The notes below the pieces were generated by a model that was not told where the DNA came from, did not search any database, and worked only from the letters and a program-made list of their open reading frames with translations. Below are positions 12,001 through 24,000 of a DNA stretch of 64,000 bases, one piece after another (the first letter of the stretch is position 1; each line of letters starts with the position of its first letter). This stretch comes from Eledone cirrhosa. Lineage: Eukaryota. Position numbers and translations under genes: made by a program. The stretch spans positions 205,344,001 to 205,408,000 of the forward strand of contig OZ024740.1 in NCBI GenBank assembly GCA_964016885.1, in the 5' to 3' direction.

Positions 12001-15000
12001 TTGGTGTCAGTGTGTGTGTGTTGGTGTCAGTGTGTGTGTTGGTATCAGCGTGTGTGTTGGTATCAGTGTGTGTGTTGGTATCAGTGTGTGTGTTGGTGTC
12101 AGTGTGTGTGTTGGTGTCATGTGTGTGTGTTGGTGTCAGTGTGTGTGTTGGTATCAGTGTGTGTGTTGGTATCAGCGTGTGTGTTGGTATCAGTGTGTGT
12201 GTTGGTATCAGTGTGTGTGTTGGTGTCAGTGTGTGTGTTGGTGTCAGTGTGTGTGTTGGTGTCAGTGTGTGTGTTGGTGTCAGTGTGTGTGTGTTGGTGT
12301 CAGTGTGTGTGTGTTGGTGTCAGTGTGTGTTGGTGTCAATGTGTGTTGGTGTCAGTGTGTGTGTTGCTGTCAGTGTGTGTGTTGGTGTCAGTGTGTGTGT
12401 GTTGGTGTCAGTGTGTGTGTTGGTGTCAGTGTGTGTGTTGGTGTCAGTGTGTGTGTGTTGGTGTCAGTGTGTGTGTTGGTGTCAGTGTGTGTGTTGGTGT
12501 CAGTGTGTGTGTTGGTGTCAGTGTGTGTGTTGGTGTCAGTGTGTGTGTTGGTATCAGCGTGTGTGTTGGTGTCAGTGTGTGTGTTGGTGTCAGTGTGTGT
12601 GTGTTGGTGTCAGTGTGTGTTGGTGTCAATGTGTGTTGGTGTCAGTGTGTGTGTTGGTGTCAGTTTGTGTGTTGGTGTCAGTGTGCGTGTTGGTATCAGT
12701 GTGTGTGTTGGTGTCAGTGTGTGTGTGTTGGTGTCAGTGTGTGTGTTGGTGTCAGTGTGTGTGTTGGTGTCAGTGTGTGTGTTGGTGTCAGTGTGTGTGT
12801 TGGTATCAGCGTGTGTTGGTGTCAGTGTGTGTGTTGGTGTCAGTGTGTGTGCGTTGGTGTCAGTGTGTGTTGGTGTCAATGTGTGTTGGTGTCAGTGTGT
12901 GTGTTGGTGTCAGTTTGTGTGTTGGTGTCAGTGTGTGTGTTGGTATCAGTGTGTGTGTTGGTGTCAGTGTGTGTGTTGAAGTCAGTGTGTGTGTTGGTGT
13001 CAGTGTGTGTGTTGGTGTCAGTGTGTGTGTGTTGGTGTCAGTGTGTGTGTTGGTGCCAGTGTGTGTGTTGGTGTCAGTGTGTGTGTTGGTGTAAGTGTGT
13101 GTGTTGGTGTCAGTGTGTGTGTTGGTGTCAGTGTGTGTGTGTTGGTGTCAGTGTGTGTGTTGGTGTCAGTGTATGTGTGGGTGTCAGTGTGTGTGTGTTG
13201 GTATCAGTGTGTGTGTTGGTGTCAGTGTGTGTTGGTGTCAGTGTGTGTGTTGGTGTCAGTGTGTGTGTTGGTGTCAGTGTGTGTGTGTGTGTTGGTGTCA
13301 GTGTGTGTGTTGGTGTCAGTGTGTGTGTTGGTGTCAGTGTGTGTGTGTTGGTGTCAGTGTGTGTGTTGGTGTCAGTGTGTGTGTTGGTGTCAGTGTGTGT
13401 GTGGGTGTCAGTGTGTGTGTGTTGGTATCAGTGTGTGTGTTGGTGTCAGTGTGTGTGTTGGTGTCAGTGTGTGTGTGTTGGTGTCAGTGTGTGTTGGTGT
13501 CAGTGTGTGTGTGTTGGTGTCAATGTGTGTGTTGGTGTCAGTGTGTGTGTTGGTGTCAGTGTGTGTGTTGGTGTCAGTGTGTGTATTGGTGTCAGTGTGT
13601 GTGTTGGTGTCAGTGTGTGTGTGTTGGTGTCAGCGTGTGTGTTGGTGTCAGTGTGTGTGTGTTGGTGTCAGTGTGTGTGTTGGTATCAGTGTGTGTGTTG
13701 GTGTCAGTGTGTGTGTGTGTGTTGGTGTCAGTGTGTGTGTTGGTGTCAGTGTGTGTGTTGGTGTCAGTGTGTGTGTGTTGGTGTCAGTGTGTGTGTTGGT
13801 GTCAGTGTGTGTGTTGGTGTCAGTGTGTGTGTGGGTGTCAGTGTGTGTGTGTTGGTATCAGTGTGTGTGTTGGTGTCAGTGTGTGTGTTGGTGTCAGTGT
13901 GTGTGTGTTGGTGTCAGTGTGTGTTGGTGTCAGTGTGTGTGTGTTGGTGTCAGTGTGTGTGTTGGTGTCAGTGTGTGTGTTGGTGTCAGTGTGTGTGTTG
14001 GTGTCAGTGAGTGTGTTGGTGTCAGTGTGTGTGTTGGTGTCAGTGTGTGTGTGTTGGTGTCAGCGTGTGTGTTGGTGTCAGTGTGTGTGTGTTGGTGTCA
14101 GTGTGTGTGTTGGTATCAGTGTGTGTGTTGGTGTCAGCGTGTGTGTTGGTGTCAGTGTGTGTGTGTGTGTTGGTGTCAGTGTGTGTGTTGGTGTCAGTGT
14201 GTGTGTTGGTGTCAGTGTGTGTGTGTTGGTGTCAGTGTGTGTGTTGGTGTCAGTGTGTGTGTTGGTGTCAGTGTGTGTGTGGGTGTCAGTGTGTGTGTGT
14301 TGGTATCAGTGTGTGTGTTGGTGTCAGTGTGTGTGTTGGTGTCAGTGTGTGTGTGTTGGTGTCAGTGTGTGTTGGTGTCAGTGTGTGTGTGTTGGTGTCA
14401 GTGTGTGTGTTGGTGTCAGTGTGTGTGTTGGTGTCAGTGTGTGTGTTGGTGTCAGTGTGTGTGTTGGTGTCAGTGTGTGTGTTGGTGTCAGTGTGTGTGT
14501 GTTGGTGTCAGCGTGTGTGTTGGTGTCAGTGTGTGTGTGTTGGTGTCAGTGTGTGTGTTGGTATCAGTGTGTGTGTTGGTGTCAGTGTGTGTGTGTTGGT
14601 GTCAGTGTGTGTGTTGGTGTCAGGGTGTGTGTTGGTGTCAGCGTGTGTGTTGGTGTCAGCGTGTGTGTTGGTGTCAGTGTGTGTGTTGGTGTCAGTGTGT
14701 GTGTTGGTGTCAGTGTGTGTGTTGGTGTCAGTGTGTGTGTTGGTGTCAGTGTGTGTGTGTTGGTGTCAGTGTGTGTGATGGTGTCAGTGTGTGTGTGTTG
14801 GTATCAGTGTGTGTGTTGGTGTCAGTGTGTGTTGGTGTCAGTGTGTGTTGGTGTCAGTGTGTGTGTTGGTGTCAGTGTGTGTGTTGGTATCAGTGTGTGT
14901 GTTGGTGTCAGTGTGTGTGTGTTGGTGTCAGTGTGTGTGTTGGTGTCAGTGTGTGTGTTGGTGTCAGTGTGTGTGTTGGTGTCAGTGTGTGTGTGTTGGT

Positions 15001-18000
15001 GTCAGTGTGTGTGTTGGTGTCAGTGTGTGTGTGTTGGTGTCAGTGTGTGTTGGTGTCAGTGTGTGTGTTGGTGTCAGTGTGTGTGTTGGTGTCAGTGTGT
15101 GTGTTGGTGTCAGTGTGTGTGTGTTGGTGTCAGCGTGTGTGTTGGTGTCAGTGTGTGTGTGTTGGTGTCAGTGTGTGTGTTGGTATCAGTGTGTGTGTTG
15201 GTGTCAGCGTGTGTGTTGGTGTCAGTGTGTGTGTGTTGGTGTCAGTGTGTGTGTTGGTGTCAGTGTGTGTGTTGGTGTCAGTGTGTGTGTGTTGGTGTCA
15301 GTGTGTGTGTTGGTGTCAGTGTGTGTGTTGGTGTCAGTGTGTGTGTGGGTGTCAGTGTGTGTGTGTTGGTATCAGTGTGTGTGTTGGTGTCAGTGTGTGT
15401 GTTGGTGTCAGTGTGTGTGTGTTGGTGTCAGTGTGTGTTGGTGTCAGTGTGTGTGTGTTGGTGTCAGTGTGTGTGTTGGTGTCAGTGTGTGTGTTGGTGT
15501 CAGTGTGTGTGTTGGTGTCAGTGTGTGTGTTGGTGTCAGTGTGTGTGTTGGTGTCAGTGTGTGTGTGTTGGTGTCAGCGTGTGTGTTGGTGTCAGTGTGT
15601 GTGTGTTGGTGTCAGTGTGTGTGTTGGTATCAGTGTGTGTGTTGGTGTCAGTGTGTGTGTGTTGGTGTCAGTGTGTGTGTTGGTGTCAGTGTGTGTGTTG
15701 GTGTCAGTGTGTGTGTGTTGGTATGAGCGTGTGTGTTGGTGTCAGTGTGTGTGTTGGTGTCAGTGTGTATGTTGGTGTCAGTGTGTGTTGGTGTCAGTGT
15801 GTGTGTTGGTGTCAGTGTGTGTGTTGGTATCAGTGTGTGTGTTGGTGTCAGTGTGTGTGTTGGTGTCAGTGTGTGTTGGTGTCAGTGTGTGTGTTGGTGT
15901 CAGTGTGTGTGTTGGTGTCAGTGTGTGTGTGTTGGTGTCAGTGTGTGTGTTGGTGTCAGTGTGTGTGTTGGTGTCAGTGTGTGTGTGTTGGTGTCAGTGT
16001 GTGTGTGTTGGTATCAGCGTGTGTGTTGGTGTCAGTGTGTGTGTTGGTGTCAGTGTGTGTGTTGGTGTCAGTGTGTGTGTTGGTGTCAGTGTGTGTGTGT
16101 TGGTGTCAGTGTGTGTGTTGGTGTCAGTGTGTGTGTTGGTGTCAGTGTGTATGTGTAGGTGTCAGTGTGTGTGTTGGTGTCAGTGTGTGTGTGTTGGTGT
16201 CAGTGTGTGTGTGTTGGTATCAGCGTGTGTGTTGGTGTCAGTGTGTCTGTTGGTGTCAGTGTGTGTGTTGGTGTCAGTGTGTGTGTTGGTGTCAGTGTGT
16301 GTGTTGGTATCAGTGTGTGTGTTGGTGTCAGTGTGTGTGTTGGTGTCAGTGTGTGTGTTGGTGTCAGTGTGTGTGTTGGTGTCAGTGTGTGTGTTGGTGT
16401 CAGCGTGTGTGTTGGTGTCAGTGTGTGTGTTGGTGTCAGGGTGTGTGTTGGTGTCAGCGTGTGTGTTGGTGTCAGCGTGTGTGTTGGTGTCAGTGTGTGT
16501 GTTGGTGTCAGTGTGTGTGTTGGTGTCAGTGTGTGTGTTGGTGTCAGTGTGTGTGTTGGTGTCAGCGTGTGTGTTGGTGTCAGTGTGTGTGTTGGTGTCA
16601 GTGTGTGTGTTGGTGTCAGTGTGTGTGTTGGTGTCAGTGTGTGTGTGTTGGTGTCAGTGTGTGTGATGGTGTCAGTGTGTGTGTGTTGGTATCAGTGTGT
16701 GTGTTGGTGTCAGTGTGTGTTGGTGTCAGTGTGTGTTGGTGTCAGTGTGTGTGTTGGTGTCAGTGTGTGTGTTGGTATCAGTGTGTGTGTTGGTGTCAGT
16801 GTGTGTGTGTTGGTGTCAGTGTGTGTGTTGGTGTCAGTGTGTGTGTTGGTGTCAGTGTGTGTGTTGGTGTCAGTGTGTGTGTGTTGGTGTCAGTGTGTGT
16901 GTTGGTGTCAGTGTGTGTGTGTTGGTGTCAGTGTGTGTTGGTGTCAGTGTGTGTGTTGGTGTCAGTGTGTGTGTTGGTGTCAGTGTGTGTGTTGGTGTCA
17001 GTGTGTGTGTGTTGGTGTCAGTGTGTGTGTGGGTGTCAGTGTGTGTGTGTTGGTATCAGTGTGTGTGTTGGTGTCAGTGTGTGTTGGTGTCAGTGTGTGT
17101 GTGTTGGTGTCAGTGTGTATGTGCTGGTGTCAGTGTGTGTGTTGGTGTCATTGTGTGTGTTGGTGTCAGTGTGTGTGTTGGTGTCAGTGTGTGTGTTGGT
17201 GTCAGTGTGTGTGTGTGTTGGTGTCAGTGTGTGTGTTGGTATCAGTGTGTGTGTGTTGGTATCAGTGTGTGTGTTGGTGTCAGTGTGTGTGTTGGTGTTA
17301 GTGTGTGTGTGTTGGTATCAGCGTGTGTGTTGGTGTCAGTGTGTGTGTTGGTGTCAGTGTGTGTTGGTGTCAGTGTGTGTGTTGGTATCAGCGTGTGTGT
17401 TGGTGTCAGTGTGTGTGTGTTGGTATCAGTGTGTGTATTGGTGTCAGTGTGTGTGTGTTGGTGTCAGTGTGTGTGTTGGTATCAGTGTGTGTGTTGGTGT
17501 CATTGTGTGTGTTGGTGTCAGTGTGTGTGTGTTGGTGTCAGTGTGTGTGTTGGTATCAGTGTGTGTGTTGGTGTCAGTGTGTGTTGGTGTCAGTGTGTGT
17601 GTTGGTGTCAGTGTGTGTGTTGGTGTCAGTGTGTGTGTTAGTGTCAGTGTGTGTGTTGGTGTCAGTGTGTGTGTGTTGGTGTCAGTGTGTGTGTTGGTGT
17701 CAGTGTGTGTGTTGGTGTCAGTGTGTGTGTTGGATTCAGTGTGTGTGTGTTGGTGTCAGTGTGTGTGTTGGTGTCAGTGTGTGTGTTGGTGTCAGTGTGT
17801 GTGTTGGTATCAGTGTGTGTGTTGGTGTCAGTGTGTGTGTGTTGGTGTCAGTGTGTGTGTTGGTGTCAGTGTGTGTGTTGGTGTCAGTGTGTGTGTTGGT
17901 ATCAGCGTGTGTGTTGGTGTCAGTGTGTGTGTTGGTGTCAGTGTGTGTGTGTTGGTGTCAGTGTGTGTGTGTTGGTGTCAGTGTGTGTTGGTGTCAATGT

Positions 18001-21000
18001 GTGTTGGTGTCAGTGTGTGTTGGTATCAGTGTGTGTGTTGGTGTCAGTGTGTGTGTTGGTATCAGTGTGTGTGTTGGTATCAGTGTGTGTGTTGGTGTCA
18101 GTGTGTGTGTGTTGGTGTCAGTGTGTGTGTGTTGGTGTCAGTGTGTGTGTTGGTGTCAGTGTGTGTGTTGGTGTCAGTGTGTGTGTTGGTGTCAGTGTGT
18201 GTGTTGGTGTCAGTGTGTGTGTTGGTGTCAGTGTGTGTGTTGGTGTCAGTGTGTGTGTTGGTATCAGCGTGTGTGTTGGTGTCAGTGTGTGTGTTGGTGA
18301 CAGTGTGTGTTGGTGTCAGTGTGTGTGCTGGTATCAGCATGTGTGTTGGTGTCAGTGTGTGTGTGTTGGTGTCAGTGTGTGTGTTGGTATCAGCGTGTGT
18401 GTTGGTATCAGTGTGTGTGTTGGTATCAGTGTGTGTGTTGGTGTCAGTGTCTGTGTTGGTGTCATGTGTGTGTGTTGGTGTCAGTGTGTGTGTTGGTATC
18501 AGCGTGTGTGTTGGTATCAGTGTGTGTGTTGGTATCAGTGTGTGTGTTGGTGTCAGTGTGTGTGTTGGTGTCAGTGTGTGTGTGTTGGTGTCAGTGTGTG
18601 TTTTGGTGTCAGTGTGTGTGTGTTGGTGTCAGTGTGTGTGTTGGTATCAGTGTGTGTGTTGGTGTCAGTGTGTGTGTTGGTGTCAGTGTGTGTGTTGGTG
18701 TCAGTGTGTGTGTTGGTGTCAGTGTGTGTGTTGGTGTCAGTGTGTGTGTTGGTGTCAGTGTGTGTGTGTTGGTGTCAGTGTGTGTGTGTTGGTGTCAGTG
18801 TGTGTGTTGGTGTCAGTGTGTGTGTTGGTGTCAGTGTGTGTTGGTGTCAGTGTGTATGTTGGTGTCAGTGTGTGTGTGTTGGTGTCAGTGTTTGTGTTGG
18901 TGTCACTGTGTGTTTTGGTGTCAGTGTGTGTGTGTTGGTGTCAGTGTGTGTGTTGGTGTCAGTGTGTGTGTTGGTGTCAGTGTGTGTGTGTTGGTATCAG
19001 CGTGTGTGTTTGTATCAGTGTGTGTGTTGGTGTCAGTGTGTGTGTGTTGGTATCAGCGTGTGTGTTGGTGTCAGTGTGTGTATTGGTGTCAGTGTGTGTG
19101 TGTTGGTGTCAGCGTGTGTGTTGGTGTCAGTGTGTGTGTTGGTATCAGTGTGTGTGTTGGTGTCAGTGTGTGTTGGTGTCAGTGTGTGTTGGTATCAGTG
19201 TGTGTGTTGGTGTCAGTGTGTGTGTGTTGGTGTCAGCGTGTGTGTTGGTGTCAGTGTGTGTGTTGGTGTCAGTGTGTGTGTTGGTGTCAGTGTGTGTGTT
19301 GGTGTCAGTGTGTGTGTGTTGGTGTCAGTGTGTGTGTTGGTGGCAGTGTGTGTTGGTGTCAGTGTGTGTGTTGGTGTCAGTGTGTGTGTGTTGGTGTCAG
19401 CGTGTGTGATGGTGTCAGTGTGTGTGTTGGTGTCAGTGTGTGTGTGTTGGTGTCAGTGTGTGTGTTGGTGTCAGTGTGTGTGTTGGTGTCAGTGTGTGTG
19501 TTGGTGTCAGTGTGTGTGTTGGTGTCAGTGGGTGTTGGTGTCAGTGTGTGTGTGTTGGTGTCAGTGTGTGTGTTGGTGTCAGTGTGTGTATTGGTGTCAG
19601 TGTGTGTTGGTGTCAGTGTGTGTGTGTTGGTATCAGTGTGTGTGTTGGTGTCAGTGTGTGTTGGTGTCAGTGTGTGTGTGTTGGTGTCAGTGTGTGTGTT
19701 GGTGTCAGTGTGTGTGTTGGTGTCAGTGTGTGTGTTGGTGTCAGTGTGTGTGTTGGTGTCAGTGTGTGTGTTGGTGTCAGTGTGTGTGTTGGTGTCAGTG
19801 TGTGTGTTGGTGTCAGTGTGTGTGTGTTGGTGTCAGTGTGTGTGTTGGTGTCAGTGTGTGTGTTGGTGTCAGTGTGTGTGTTGGTATCAGTGTGTGTGTT
19901 GGTGTCAGTGTGTGTGTGTTGGTGTCAGTGTGTGTGTTGGTGTCAGTGTGTGCGTGTTGGTGTCAGTGTGTGTGTTGGTATCAGTGTGTGTGTGTTGGTG
20001 ACAGTGTGTGTGTTGGTGTCAGTGTGTGTGTTGGTGTCAGTGTGTGTGTGTTGGTGTCAGTGTGTGTGTTGGTGTCAGTGTGTGTGTTGGTGTCAGTGTG
20101 TGTGTTGGTGTCAGTGTGTGTGTTGGTGTCAGTGTGTGTGTGTTGGTGTCAGTGTGTGTGTTGGTGTCAGTGTGTGTGTGTTGGTGTCAGTGTGTGTGTT
20201 GGCGTCAGTGTGTGTGTTGGTGTCAGTGTGTGAGTTGGTGTCAGTGTGTGTGTGTTGGTGTCAGTGTGTGTGTTGGTGTCAGTGTGTGTGTGTTGGTGTC
20301 AGTGTGTGTGTGTTGGTGTCAGTGTGTGTGTTGGTGTCAGTGTGTGTGTTGGTGTCAGTGTGTGTGTTGGTGTCAGTGTGTGTGTTTGTGTCAGTGTGTG
20401 TGTTGGTGTCAGTGTGTGTGTTGGTATCAGTGTGTGTGTTGGTGTCAGTGTGTGTGTGTTGGTGTCAGTGTGTGTGTTGGTGTCAGTGTGTGTGTTGGTG
20501 TCAGTGTGTGTGTTGGTGTCAGTGTGTGTGTTGGTGTCAGTGTGTGTGTGTTGGTGTCAGTGTGTGTTGGTGTCAGTGTGTGTGTTGGTGTCAGTGTGTG
20601 TGTGTTGGTGTCAGAGTGTGTGTTGGTGTCAGTGTGTGTGTTGGTGTCAGTGTGTGTGTTGGTATCAGTGTGTGTGTTGGTGTCAGTGTGTGTGTTGGTA
20701 TCAGTGTGTGTGTTGGTGTCAGTGTGTGTGTGTTGGTGTCAGTGTGTGTGTTGGTGTCAGTGTGTGTGTGTTGGTGTCAGTGTGTGTGTGTTGGTGTCAG
20801 TGTGTGTGTTGGTGTCAGTGTGTGTGTTGGTGTCAGTGTGTGTGTTGGTGTCAGTGTGTGTGTTTGTGTCAGTGTGTGTGTTGGTGTCAGTGTGTGTGTT
20901 GGTATCAGTGTGTGTGTTGGTGTCAGTGTGTGTGTGTTGGTGTCAGTGTGTGTGTTGGTGTCAGTGTGTGTGTTGGTGTCAGTGTGTGTGTTGGTGTCAG

Positions 21001-24000
21001 TGTGTGTGTTGGTGTCAGTTAGTGTGTGTTGGTGTCAGTGTGTGTTGGTGTCAGTGTGTGTGTTGGTGTCAGTGTGTGTGTGTTGGTGTCAGAGTGTGTG
21101 TTGGTGTCAGTGTGTGTATTGGTGTCAGTGTGTGTGTTGGTATCAGTGTGTGTGTTGGTGTCAGTGTGTGTGTTGGTGTCAGTGTGTGTGTTGGTGTCAG
21201 TGTGTGTGTTGGTGTCAGTGTGTGTGTTGGTGTCAGTGTGTGTGTTGGTGTCAGTGTGTGTGTGTTGGTGTCAGTGTGTGTGTTGGTATCAGTGTGTGTG
21301 TTGGTGTCAGTGTGTGTGTTGGTATCAGTGTGTGTGTTGGTGTCAGTGTGTGTGTGTTGGTGTCAGTGTGTGTGTTGGTATCAGTGTGTGTATTGGTGTC
21401 AGTGTGTGTGTGTTGGTGTCAGTGTGTGTGTTGGTATCAGTGTGTGTGTTGGTGTCATTGTGTGTGTTGGTGTCAGTGTGTGTGTGTTGGTGTCAGTGTG
21501 TGTGTTGGTATCAGTGTGTGTGTTGGTGTCAGTGTGTGTTGGTGTCAGTGTGTGTGTTGGTGTCAGTGTGTGTGTTGGTGTCAGTGTGTGTGTTGGTGTC
21601 AGTGTGTGTGTTGGTGTCAGTGTGTGTGTGTTGGTGTCAGTGTGTGTGTTGGTGTCAGTGTGTGTGTTGGTGTCAGTGTGTGTGTTGGATTCAGTGTGTG
21701 TGTGTTGGTGTCAGTGTGTGTGTTGGTGTCAGTGTGTGTGTTGGTGTCAGTGTGTGTGTTGGTATCAGTGTGTGTGTTGGTGTCATTGTGTGTGTGTTGG
21801 TGTCAGTGTGTGTGTTGGTGTCAGTGTGTGTGTTGGTATCAGTGTGTGTGTGTTGGTGACAGTGTGTGTGTTGGTGTCAGTGTATGTGTTGGTGTCAGTG
21901 TGTGTGTGTTGGTGTCAGAGTGTGTGTTGGTGTCAGCGTGTGTGTTGGTATCAGTGTGGGTGTTGGTGTCAGTGTGTGTGTGTTGGTGTCAGTGTGTGTG
22001 TTGGTGTCAGTGTGTGTGTTGGTGTCAGTGTGTGTGTTGGTGTCAGTGTGTGTGTTGGTATCAGTGTGTGTGTTGGTGTCAGTGTGTGTGTGTTGGTGTC
22101 AGTGTGTGTGTTGGTGTCAGTGTGTGTGTGTTGGTGTCAGTGTGTGTGTTGGTGTCAGTGTGTGTGTGTTGGTGTCAGTGTGTGTGTTGGTGTCAGTGTG
22201 TGTGTTGGTATCAGTGTGTGTGTTGGTGTCAGTGTGTGTGTGTTGGTGTCAGTGTGTGTGTTGGTGTCAGTGTGTGTGTGTTGGTGTCAGTGTGTGTGTT
22301 GGTGTCAGTGTGTGTGTTGGTGTCAGTGTGTGTGTTGGTGTCAGTGTGTGTGTGTTGGTGTCAGTGTGTGTGTTGGTGTCAGTGTGTGTGTGTTGGTGTC
22401 AGTGTGTGTGTGTTGGTGTCAGTGTGTGTGTTGGTGTCAGTGTGTGTGTTGGTGTCAGTGTGTGTGTTGGTGTCAGTGTGTGTGTTGGTGTCAGTGTGTG
22501 TGTTGGTGTCAGTGTGTGTGTTGGTGTCAGTGTGTGTGTTGGTGTCAGTGTGTGTGTTGGTGTCAGTGTGTGTGTGTTGGTGTCAGTGTGTGTGTTGGTG
22601 TCAGTGTGTGTGTGTTGGTGTCAGTGTGTGTGTGTTGGTGTCAGTGTGTGTGTGTTGGTGTCAGTGTGTGTGTTGGTGTCAGTGTGTGTGTTGGTGTCAG
22701 TGTGTGTGTTGGTGTCAGTGTGTGTGTTGGTGTCAGTGTGTGTGTTGGTGTAAGTGTGTGTGTGTTGGTGTCAGTGTGTGTGTTGGTGTCAGTGTGTGTG
22801 TGGGTGTCAGTGTGTGTGTGTTGGTATCAGTGTGTGCGTTGGTGTCAGTGTGTGTTGGTGTCAGTGTGTGTGTTGGTGTCAGTGTGTGTTTTGGTGTCAG
22901 TGTGTGTGTGTTGGTATCCGTTTGTGTGTTGGTGTCAGTGTGTGTGTTGGTGTCAGTGTGTGTGTGTTGGTATCAGTGTGTGTGTTGGTATCAGTGTGTG
23001 TGTTGGTGTCAGTGTGTGTGTGTGTGTTGGTGTCAGTGTGTGTGTTGGTGTCAGTGTGTGTGTTGGTGTCAGTGTGTGTGTGTTGGTGTCAGTGTGTGTG
23101 TTGGTGTCAGTGTGTGTGTTGGTGTCAGTGTGTGTGTGGGTGTCAGTGTGTGTGTGTTGGTATCAGTGTGTGTGTTGGTGTCAGTGTGTGTTGGTGTCAG
23201 TGTGTGTGTTGGTGTCAGTGTGTGTGTGTTGGTGTCAGTGTGTGTGTGTTGGTATCAGTGTGTGTGTTGGTGTCAGTGTGTGTGTGTGTGTTGGTGTCAG
23301 TGTGTGTGTGTGTGTTGGTGTCAGTGTGTGTGTGTTGGTGTCAGTGTGTGTGTGTTGGTGTCAGTGTGTGTGTTGGTGTCAGTGTGTGTGTTGGTGTCAG
23401 TGTGTGTGTTGGTGTCAGTGTGTGTGTTGGTGTCAGTGTGTGTGTTGGTGTCAGTGTGTGTGTTGGTGTCAGTGTGTGTGTTGGTATCAGCGTGTGTGTT
23501 GGTGTCAGTGTGTGTGTTGGTGACAGTGTGTGTTGGTGTCAGTGTGTGTGTTGGTATCAGCGTGTGTGTTGGTGTCAGTGTGTGTGTGTTGGTGTCAGTG
23601 TGTGTGTTGGTATCAGCGTGTGTGTTGGTATCAGTGTGTGTGTTGGTATCAGTGTGTGTGTTGGTGTCAGTGTCTGTGTTGGTGTCATGTGTGTGTGTTG
23701 GTGTCAGTGTGTGTGTTGGTATCAGCGTGTGTGTTGGTATCAGTGTGTGTGTTGGTATCAGTGTGTGTGTTGGTGTCAGTGTGTGTGTTGGTGTCAGTGT
23801 GTGTGTGTTGGTGTCAGTGTGTGTGTTGGTGTCAGTGTGTGTGTTGGTATCAGTGTGTGTGTTGGTGTCAGTGTGTGTGTTGGTGTCAGTGTGTGTGTGT
23901 GTTGGTGTCAGTGTGTGTGTTGGTGTCAGTGTGTGTTTTGGTGTCAGTGTGTGTGTGTTGGTGTCAGTGTGTGTGTTGGTATCAGTGTGTGTGTTGGTGT

